Shown here: positions 58,601 through 64,000 of the stretch, piece after piece
Numbering within the stretch: the stretch's first letter is position 1
How the letters are laid out: each line of letters opens with the position of its first letter
Source: Tubiluchus corallicola
Taxonomy: Eukaryota; Animalia; Priapulida
Direction of reading: 5' to 3'
Length of the DNA: 64,000 bases
Assembly (NCBI GenBank): GCA_030141605.1
Contig: JAQGDQ010000045.1
Location: 248,001 to 312,000 of the forward strand
Translations under genes and position numbers: made by a program
Notes under the pieces: generated by a model
The model's database searches: none
Seen by the model: the letters and a program-made list of their open reading frames with translations, nothing else
Told to the model about the DNA's origin: nothing

Positions 58601-60547
58601 TGTTTCATTAGTGAACTGTGGAAAACTAAATTGTATATATATATATATACAGTTTAGTTTTCCACAGTTCACTAATGAAACAAATGCGTCTTTTTAACTT
58701 TTATATATATATTCATTTATTATGTATTTATTATATTTATATATATATTAAATTAGCAGATTGAACTAACACCGCTTCACGCTAAAATGACATTCCAGGA
58801 AAGTATCTTAAATTGAAAAGCATCCTTTCTTTGTTTCCTTGCTTTTATTGTAGCATTTACTTCTTTATTAATGCCATGGTTTACATTACATCTCCAAAGC
58901 CTGAGCTGGCAAACGCGTTTCACTTATACATCTGGAAAGTAAACGGTCATCCATTTTTATCGGTGCGCGGTACAAATGGCGCAGGCAAAATGGCACAGGA
59001 AAAAATGGCACAGATGGAAAAGTAGGTAAAAATGGCATAGGAAAAAAATGACACTTATTATTTTGATGCATTTGATTTCTATACTAAAACTGGAATGTGC
59101 TCAGTAAGAAGCAGATCTCTGCCAAAGTCGAACAATCCTAAACTTTTTCATCTGATTATTTTAAAGATAAACAAGCAAACGTAGAAAGATGCACCTGTGT
59201 TGGTATTATATAGACTAGCAAAAGACTCACAAAATATTTGTTCATTAAATAGATTTATAATCAATAATGCACGTATGTTCCACATAATGTTTATCTACCT
59301 TTTAAGTGTTAATTTTAGCGATGGTAATAGACTGATAAATATATATGTACCAAGTCACCTTATAAGCCTATACGCATTAATATGAAACGGTTATAAATAG
59401 CGTTACGCAGTTTTCCAAGCGAAAATTTCTCGAAATGGAACTGTAACTAACTTGTAGTTGTTTGTCCAGGTTGATATAACGAAAAATAAGTGCTAAGCAC
59501 TCTCTCTGAGACCTCCACCAAATGCCTATGCCTCACGATTTTTTTCGTATGTGGTATTCGGTCAAGTTTTGCGGAAAAAGAACCGGCGAAAAGATTCCCA
59601 GTTTGGCACCCTATAGTCGAGTTTCTTCGCAAAGTTTCTTGGAAATCTGTTATATAGTTTCTTGCGTAATATGCTTACTGTCATAACAGACAAAAAAACC
59701 AAACTTACAGACAAATAAAATAGTTTTCTTGTCAGAGGTAAAAACAACTAAAATAATTATCCCCCACTGTAACCCGTACACTAAAACGTATTTTACTAAG
59801 TGCGCAATTTTTTCCTGTTCTGTTTGTACTTACATTCATTTTTATCAGTACGTTGCCGTTGCTGACTTTTCACCTGTGACCCTGGTGATTCTATGAAGAC
59901 GTCACTAAAATATCTATCTCTGCCAAAGTTTTCGAGGTGCAGCACAAAGTATGTGCCATGCCTTTGGGCCATCGACTATAAACAATGTTACTGTCAGGTG
60001 CCAAATTCTTCAGACTGTTGTTTCTATCAAATTCTCTGTGAAATTATTTAATCTACGTCAGTTAGATCAAAGGTCATTTGAAGGTCAAAAAGGGCAAAAA
60101 CCTTAAAATAGACTAAATGCATTAAAACTAGTGTATTGTGTCATACAATTGAATTTCGAAGTATTCTTTAATTTTAACAGCATTCATTACTAAACCTTTG
60201 TTGAGCGAGATGGTTAACGATACAGCAGTAACAGAGCAACGTCGTTGATTCCAAAAGAGTAATTTTTGGAGAAATGTTCACATAATTGTTTTCATTGCAG
60301 ACTATTGGTGAATTGACAGTGGTTGTGGAGGAACACACAGCATCATGCCAGCAAGAATTGACAGTGAGTCGTGGCCAAGAAGTCCTCATTCTTGAGAGGT
60401 CACCCAGCAATCCTGACTGGTGCCTAATTCGTACGTCTGATTCTAGTGGCAGCATCAGTGAAGGGCTTGTACCAATGTCGAGCTTACGTGTGACTCAATC
60501 ACTTAAAGGCAGTTCTTCGTGGACTAATATGGAAACTGAAACTCAAG
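187..60547 (+). CDS. trio: Trio/Kalirin-family multidomain RhoGEF, partial spliced CDS (29 exons: end of Sec14 region, spectrin repeats, DH1, PH1, SH3-1)
   Basis: Joining the exons below at GT-AG sites gives one open frame of 4606 nt with matching phases. It contains Trio/Kalirin hallmark peptides [70 protein letters not shown] and an SH3 with DWCLIR...EGLVP. The gene is open at both ends of the window. Confidence 0.96.
1435..1560 (+). CDS. trio: trio exon 2 ([42 protein letters not shown])
   Basis: ttgcag acceptor, G|gtttgc donor. Matches TRIO GARNMIEEHSQLKKKVIKAPIEDLDLEGQ. Absent from the ORF track. Confidence 0.9.
2229..2413 (+). CDS. trio: trio exon 3, spectrin repeat ([11 protein letters not shown]...[11 protein letters not shown])
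   Basis: tttcag acceptor, AAA|gtgagt donor, phase 1 to 0. Confidence 0.93.
3159..3281 (+). CDS. trio: trio exon 4 ([12 protein letters not shown]...HFAMTCM)
   Basis: tttcag acceptor, ATG|gtagat donor, 123 nt. Confidence 0.93.
3861..4052 (+). CDS. trio: trio exon 5 ([10 protein letters not shown]...FHKKSEH)
   Basis: ttacag acceptor, CAT|gtaagt donor, 192 nt. Confidence 0.93.
4530..4661 (+). CDS. trio: trio exon 6 ([12 protein letters not shown]...[15 protein letters not shown])
   Basis: ttttag acceptor, GAG|gtaatg donor, 132 nt open. Resembles TRIO YMSNVDSWCKAC...HHQGIYEHI. Absent from the ORF track. Confidence 0.9.
5467..5565 (+). CDS. candidate alternative cassette exon ([33 protein letters not shown])
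   Basis: ttttttcag acceptor, CAT|gtaata donor, 99 nt, phase 0/0, no stop codon, richer in GC than the flanks. Not needed for the main frame. Confidence 0.55.
6252..6485 (+). CDS. trio: trio exon 7 ([15 protein letters not shown]...[10 protein letters not shown])
   Basis: ttacag acceptor, CAG|gttggt donor, 234 nt. Confidence 0.93.
7101..7285 (+). mobile_element. decayed tRNA-derived SINE
   Basis: A-box-like TAGCTTAGGTGATTAGA and B-box-like GAGTTCAAATC at tRNA-like spacing, followed by a non-tRNA body. No cloverleaf is evident. Confidence 0.45.
7669..7791 (+). CDS. trio: trio exon 8 ([16 protein letters not shown]...HFENVAQ)
   Basis: ttgcag acceptor, CAG|gtaaca donor, 123 nt. Confidence 0.93.
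8467..8658 (+). CDS. trio: trio exon 9 ([24 protein letters not shown]...FHTHTKE)
   Basis: ttgcag acceptor, GAG|gttggt donor, 192 nt. Confidence 0.94.
8894..9063 (+). CDS. trio: trio exon 10 ([12 protein letters not shown]...EGESLLEQL)
   Basis: ggacag acceptor, CA|gtgagt donor (phase 2). Confidence 0.92.
9857..10028 (+). CDS. trio: trio exon 11 (NTGMCED...[12 protein letters not shown])
   Basis: taacag acceptor, GAG|gtaaca donor, phase 2 to 0. Confidence 0.92.
10776..10937 (+). CDS. trio: trio exon 12 ([12 protein letters not shown]...HRGQDLIQ)
   Basis: atttag acceptor, CAA|gtaaag donor, 162 nt. Confidence 0.92.
11271..11453 (+). CDS. trio: trio exon 13 ([17 protein letters not shown]...LEQEAKQ)
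   Basis: acttag acceptor, CAG|gtatgc donor, 183 nt. Confidence 0.92.
12142..12261 (+). CDS. trio: trio exon 14 ([12 protein letters not shown]...[10 protein letters not shown])
   Basis: ctgtag acceptor, GAA|gtaaat donor, 120 nt. Confidence 0.93.
13476..13667 (+). CDS. trio: trio exon 15 ([13 protein letters not shown]...NFYKTAEQ)
   Basis: tttcag acceptor, CAG|gtacac donor, 192 nt open. Confidence 0.93.
14182..14328 (+). CDS. trio: trio exon 16 ([19 protein letters not shown]...[11 protein letters not shown])
   Basis: ttctag acceptor, AAG|gtactt donor, 147 nt. Confidence 0.93.
14789..14903 (+). CDS. trio: trio exon 17 ([19 protein letters not shown]...PEQKVQ)
   Basis: ttctag acceptor, G|gtttaa donor (phase 1). 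Confidence 0.92.
15055..15240. mobile_element. PIF/Harbinger-like MITE
   Basis: Imperfect terminal inverted repeats (TIRs): GGGGCTGATTCACAAA on the left, GGGCCGGATTCAACAA as reverse complement of the right end. CAG flanks both sides as a 3-bp target-site duplication (TSD). Confidence 0.7.
15613..15728 (+). CDS. trio: trio exon 18 ([16 protein letters not shown]...FERSAKQ)
   Basis: ttgtag acceptor, CAG|gtttgt donor, phase 1 to 0. Confidence 0.93.
16763..16885 (+). CDS. trio: trio exon 19 ([16 protein letters not shown]...FKNAAK)
   Basis: tttcag acceptor, AAG|gtagtt donor, 123 nt. Confidence 0.93.
17147..17341 (+). CDS. trio: trio exon 20, last spectrin repeat ([14 protein letters not shown]...[14 protein letters not shown])
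   Basis: aaacag acceptor, GAG|gtatga donor, 195 nt. Confidence 0.93.
17552..17764 (+). CDS. trio: trio exon 21, linker and start of DH1 (…[31 protein letters not shown])
   Basis: ttttag acceptor, AAG|gtatcc donor, DH conserved region 1 motif. Confidence 0.93.
18301..18340. repeat. (GT)n/(GCGT)n microsatellite
   Basis: Directly visible. Confidence 0.95.
18396..18502 (+). CDS. trio: trio exon 22, DH1 ([35 protein letters not shown])
   Basis: atttag acceptor, AG|gtttgc donor (phase 2), DH FGN motif. Confidence 0.93.
18925..18970. repeat. perfect 22-bp tandem duplication (AAGTGTACATAAGGCTATCAAC x2)
   Basis: Directly visible. Confidence 0.95.
20339..20498 (+). CDS. trio: trio exon 23, DH1 ([23 protein letters not shown]...GGTFFD)
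   Basis: ttttag acceptor, GAT|gtaaga donor. Confidence 0.95.
21049..21183 (+). CDS. trio: trio exon 24, DH1 conserved region 3 (…[32 protein letters not shown])
   Basis: ttgcag acceptor, AAG|gtaaag donor, 135 nt. Confidence 0.95.
21506..21564 (+). mobile_element. decayed 5S-rRNA-like segment, probably part of a SINE
   Basis: CGAAGTTAAG...GCTGGTAAGT...TGGGTGA aligns loosely by eye to the 3' half of metazoan 5S rRNA. The 5' half is absent. Confidence 0.45.
21960..22037 (+). CDS. trio: trio exon 25, end of DH1 ([26 protein letters not shown])
   Basis: ttatag acceptor, GAG|gtaagt donor, 78 nt. Confidence 0.95.
22209..22391 (+). CDS. trio: trio exon 26, PH1 ([36 protein letters not shown]...SRLM)
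   Basis: tttcag acceptor, ATG|gtaagt donor, 183 nt. Confidence 0.95.
23347..23533 (+). CDS. trio: trio exon 27, PH1 ([23 protein letters not shown]...[12 protein letters not shown])
   Basis: tttaag acceptor, G|gtatgt donor (phase 1). Confidence 0.94.
23840..23979. repeat. minisatellite, 7 x 20 bp (consensus ATGGTAGMCAAACCYACRCY)
   Basis: Units start every 20 bp from 23840 to 23960. Confidence 0.92.
24674..24867 (+). CDS. trio: trio exon 28, Ser/Thr-rich linker after PH1 ([10 protein letters not shown]...STISDTDK)
   Basis: tttcag acceptor, AAG|gtaagc donor, phase 1 to 0. Ends like the TRIO/Kalirin DSDK linker before SH3. Confidence 0.88.
29370..29900. repeat. degenerate tandem array, about 4 units of about 140 bp
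   Basis: Anchor CAAAGRCATCC-like motif recurs near 29414, 29557, 29690 and 29835. Shared GGGAACATGCAATTTAAAT and TTAAAATTAGTTAATTAAAC blocks. Confidence 0.8.
32920..33017. repeat. perfect 47-bp tandem duplication
   Basis: ACCACAATTTTCTAGGCCATTCTATAGAATTTTTGAAGTTGTTTCTA x2. Confidence 0.95.
33637..34384 (-). mobile_element. non-autonomous hAT-like DNA transposon (internal deletion derivative)
   Basis: 20-bp TIRs with one mismatch: CAGGGTGCATAAGATTATGG and reverse complement CAGGCTGCATAAGATTATGG. Repeated subterminal TTTTATGGA motifs. Degenerate TSD (CCTATATAATT vs CCTATATT). Minus-strand transposase remnants [25 protein letters not shown] and NFSLEGILH. Confidence 0.85.
39265..39480. mobile_element. 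decayed foldback MITE (possibly Mutator-like)
   Basis: Left arm has ACAAAAAACCACC-type units, right arm has the complementary GGTGGGCTTTTGTCCGG/GGTGATTTTTTTGTC units. Confidence 0.5.
41185..41600. mobile_element. GC/CpG-rich interspersed repeat fragment (possibly Helitron-type non-autonomous element)
   Basis: Abrupt rise in GC after an AT-rich start, with motifs such as CTATACATCAAACGAAAGG that I recall from such repeats. The overlapping ORFs resemble no protein. Confidence 0.4.
43604..45177. mobile_element. TIR DNA element (GGAGCCCC ends) with 21-22-bp subterminal repeats, interrupted by about 1.25 kb of unrelated sequence
   Basis: Left end GGAGCCCCCGAACGGTCACGTTGAGAAAAGTTACTAATTTGCGGCCACGAATTA matches the reverse complement of the right end, GGAGCCCCGAAGGGCCAGGTAGAGAACCTACTAATTCGTGGCCCTGAATTA. 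Tandem TAGTATATCGTGCGCA-type units at 44950-45150. Confidence 0.7.
51205..52560 (+). mobile_element. 5'-truncated decayed L2/CR1-clade LINE (RT and C-terminal ORF2 remnants)
   Basis: Frameshifted peptides [94 protein letters not shown]. Ends in a simple-repeat tail. Confidence 0.92.
52564..52781. repeat. compound microsatellite (TAT)n-(GTC/GTT)n-(TACTAT)n-(TAT)n, LINE tail
   Basis: Directly visible at the 3' end of the LINE. Confidence 0.97.
58579..58704. repeat. near-perfect 126-bp palindrome centred on (TA)n
   Basis: Arms of about 63 bp, about 3 mismatches, no spacer. Confidence 0.95.
58961..59056. repeat. AAAATGGCACAGG-type short tandem units, probably one arm of a foldback DNA element
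   Basis: About 5 degenerate copies. A loosely complementary arm may lie at 59800-59885. Confidence 0.55.
60301..60547 (+). CDS. trio: trio exon 29, first SH3 domain ([28 protein letters not shown]...DWCLIR...EGLVPMSSL)
   Basis: ttgcag acceptor, G|gtaagt donor. The phase-0 start fits exon 28. Resembles TRIO ELTVVIHDFTACNSNELTIRRGQTVEVLERPHDKPDWCLVR...EGLVP. Confidence 0.94.
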
Positions 60548-63500
60548 GTAAGTTGTTTTAGCTTTCATGTTAAGTAGCTTACAAATTTATGTTTTCTCAC
60601 ATGAATTACAAGCCCAATAAGCAATCTAAAATGTGTCTTTAGTGTTTGCACATGGCTGGTGTTTTGTTTTTAAAATTTAAGTGATTAATGTCAAAGTCCC
60701 TTTGGCAAGGCTTTCGTGATCTTGCAAATGCAACGAAGTAAATGGAAACGAATTTTACTCATTCTTTTTGCGTGGCTTTAGTTTCGTCCTGTGTTCACCC
60801 TGTAACTGCGGTCTGGCAATAGGAATGAAAGCAATCTTGCAAATTGCTTTCGCGCCGCTCTTGCGCAAACGATATTGCAATTCTATAGTGAAGTTTAAAA
60901 TCTGTAAATAATTATCTATACAGACTAAACCTTCATTGATAACTAGAAAAAATTAAAGGAAAACAAGATGGTTATTCATGTCCTGTGCCATATTAAAGTA
61001 CGGAAAAAGTATACATCTTAACACGAACAATAATGCCAAAGCGTTTCTGATAATTAAGTAATAGGTTAAAAACTAGGTTGTATAGTTGGCTGGTTGGCAT
61101 TCTTGGCTTGGCGTTCTTGGTTTAGAGGCTTGATGAGGGACAGCGATGCAGTGATGAGAGTGCAGTGCGTGTGTTCTAAGCCCCATATAAGAGTTGTAAG
61201 TCCTTTGTGTGTATTCCATATGGCATGTTAGCACATTAGAAGTTTTCCAACATTTCGTGATGTTCTTACACCTACCGAAATTGACTGTGTACTTTATGAT
61301 GTAGTTTTCGGCCCCTCTGACTACTGTCCACAGTGGTCACTTTTCGTTTTACTCCAGCAATTCTTATCAAATTTGGTATTTCATAATTCGGTAGCGTATT
61401 CTCTTACAATTGTAAACCAAAACTGACCATGTACTTTATTATACACATGGTCTTTATGATTTCCGGCCCGTTTTGGAGTGCATTTGTCTTTGTGACTTAT
61501 CCCCAACTGCCTCAACGACTCCTTTTAAAATGGGCAGTTTTATGAATGCCTAGGTTAGTGCTATACACCCAGACATTCAACCCTTTTATCAAGTGCTTAT
61601 TTCGTCACGGGTCTTGGACTAAAACTTCTCTGGTCTTAGTGACATTCACTATATGCTTTTCTCGCTCATTATTTTTTTACACAGTATCTACACTAATACA
61701 CTATACGCTGTATTTTGCGTTATACTCGCTAAAAGTCACAAGGGTCTTTTAAAAAGATTTACTTGAAACCTCTGCTGAATTTAGATTTGGTTGTCGTAGA
61801 AACCGTCAGATATGCAACCAGAGTTCTTCATCGCCATGGAAACGCTGTTACACCAAAGCCTGCCAATTCTCTGCACACTGTTATAAATAAATACAAGCTG
61901 CTGTTTTTTATTGCTAATGCGCCGTGATTTGGGAAGATTCGCCAACCAAGGCCAAGCAAATGTAAGTCATAGCATAGTAGAAAGGAACAAAAGTAGGCCA
62001 TTGGTCACTTGGCTAAAATAAGCACTAAAATGCCGAGAAATATTAATTTCGCATAGCCGTGCGTTTTCAGTTTTCTGTGTTTGTCATTAAATTCCAGTTT
62101 TTCTTGCTGACAACTGACATTCAGTAATTTTTAAGAAGTGTGCCTGTTTATATGATATATTATTTAGGATATATGATTAAATTTTGTGTAATACGTTCTT
62201 AATTTTTATCCTGTTATCGGACTGCTCCGACGTATTAATCAATTTCTTTTACTGACTTAACAGATTAAGATTAATTTTTGAATTGCTTAATTAAACCTAA
62301 ACCCCATCATTATAGGACACACCATGCTGACATATTATAGGTGCCACGATATTATAATTATGGTTTTGCTATTAAAAATGCTACGAAGACAATGCATTTA
62401 ACACCGTTTGATCACACATCCTGGCTTGCTGTACATTGGTCGACTTTTCTCACACATAGATGGCACCTCAGTGTTACAGGAAAGCGTAAGCAGAGAAGAA
62501 ACTTACATAGCCAACGGTGGTTAAATGTGATGAGGTGCAACTACAGAAAGCTATTGATTGTTAATCTTTTGATGCCTCACAATGCGAAAACGATTACCGC
62601 TAGGCCTGACACTCACTTGACGTGTTTCATGTGTATGTTTATGATAGGTATTGACAACAGTAATGTTAATGTTGAAGCACCACGTTGCTAAATTATTGAA
62701 ACAAAGCGTACTTGCAAAGTTGGCGTAGACTGATCACTCAAATTTTTTCGAACATCTTATTGTAACATGTCTACATCCACATGCGAGGGAATCTTGGCCT
62801 CTAATTTCTTGATCTGAAGGATGTGTCAGTTCCACATGCAAGGTGACCTTGATCTCTGATTTCTTCACCTTGGCAGTGTACCAGTTCTGAGCTTCAAGAG
62901 AATACCTCCCTTAAATTTGCGTTTATTTTTCAAACTTGTGTTTGGCGATGCGCCTGCTACCTAAATGCCACGTGACCTTGACTGGTGTATATGAAAGCAG
63001 TCTGCATGCCAAATTTGGTTTTATGTCTGTCAATTGCTACAAGATACACAAAATTCATATTATTTTGCAGCATTTTGCTAATTTTAGATCTGAAACACAG
63101 ATGACAGTGTTGTAGCATATGATACCGCAACCATAATTATTCTTACGGCTTACTTGTTTGTTTGCCTACGAGTATGAAGTGCTTTTGTCACTTTTCATTT
63201 CATAACCTCACTATAATGCTGCATCAGCAGTGAATTAATTAATCACATAGTGATACAGCTAGTCACCTTGAAAATATGATGAAATTTAATTAGTTGCTAA
63301 AATTTATTGCTTATTAACTAGTAGTCGTGTGAATGTCTCTACGCGACAAGAGAGGCAGAGAGAGATTGCTGATAACGGCATTAATTAATTCATTTGGAAA
63401 ATTCAAATAGATGTTAGGAATATTTAGTTGAGGCAGTGACAGGCAGATTCGCTAAACAGTGAAACACTACCTGTAATTAGAATAATAAGGTGTGTCGATA

Positions 63501-64000
63501 CGATTATAACTTGTGTTATATGGGGCCAGTGGCGGACAAGCCGAGATGTGCACTAGCAATTGCTCACATTTATTCCACGTGGTTTCTTGTTTTCTACATC
63601 TGCGCATGTGTAGAAGCCTTGTTTCCGGTATATTTATACATAGACATTACAAGTGATACTAACTATGCACCTTACTGGAGATGTGTTGAGGCATTTCGTC
63701 ATAATTGCAAAATCAGACGAAACGGTAATTGGTTTCCAGGCTTATTGTTCCTGCGTTTTATTTGATGAAAAAATGGTGGTGGATGTTTGGATTTTCCTGG
63801 ATATTCTAGATATATGTGCCCTGATCGTGTACGTCATTTTCCCAGAGTATAAACTAACAATTACACACTTTGCCAGTAACTGTTATACATTTTGCCAATC
63901 CACGGTTAATTTGTACATCTCATCGGTGCACACTTTGTAAAATTGCAAATTTCTCTAGTACACCAAACACACGTCAAGAGCGCACTTGACCGCTACACAT

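Noticed and set aside
60548-64000. Next trio exon or a nested gene after the SH3 exon
   Set aside because: No frame resembles the expected post-SH3 or GEF2 sequence. The ORFs look like intronic or repeat-derived noise.

Overview
AT-rich eukaryotic (invertebrate animal) genomic DNA. The repeat style suggests a lophotrochozoan such as an annelid or mollusc, but the taxon cannot be proven here. The whole window lies inside one + strand gene, a Trio/Kalirin (UNC-73) family RhoGEF. I reconstructed 29 phase-consistent GT-AG exons (4606 nt, about 1535 aa). They run from the end of the Sec14/CRAL-TRIO region through the spectrin repeats and the DH1-PH1 (GEF1) module to the first SH3 domain. The N-terminal exons and the GEF2/Ig/kinase exons lie outside the window. 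Exons 1-28 fit within 25 kb, then a 35.4 kb intron separates the post-PH1 exon from the SH3 exon. The introns hold non-autonomous DNA transposons (including a hAT deletion derivative that keeps both transposase ends), a decayed L2/CR1 LINE with a microsatellite tail, SINE fragments, tandem repeats and a near-perfect 126-bp palindrome. The best leads are a candidate regulated 99-nt cassette exon, other small candidate exons and a possible GEF1-only read-through isoform. I found no prokaryote-type systems, CRISPR arrays or intact RNA genes, and no convincingly new biological system. All family assignments come from remembered motifs, not database searches.
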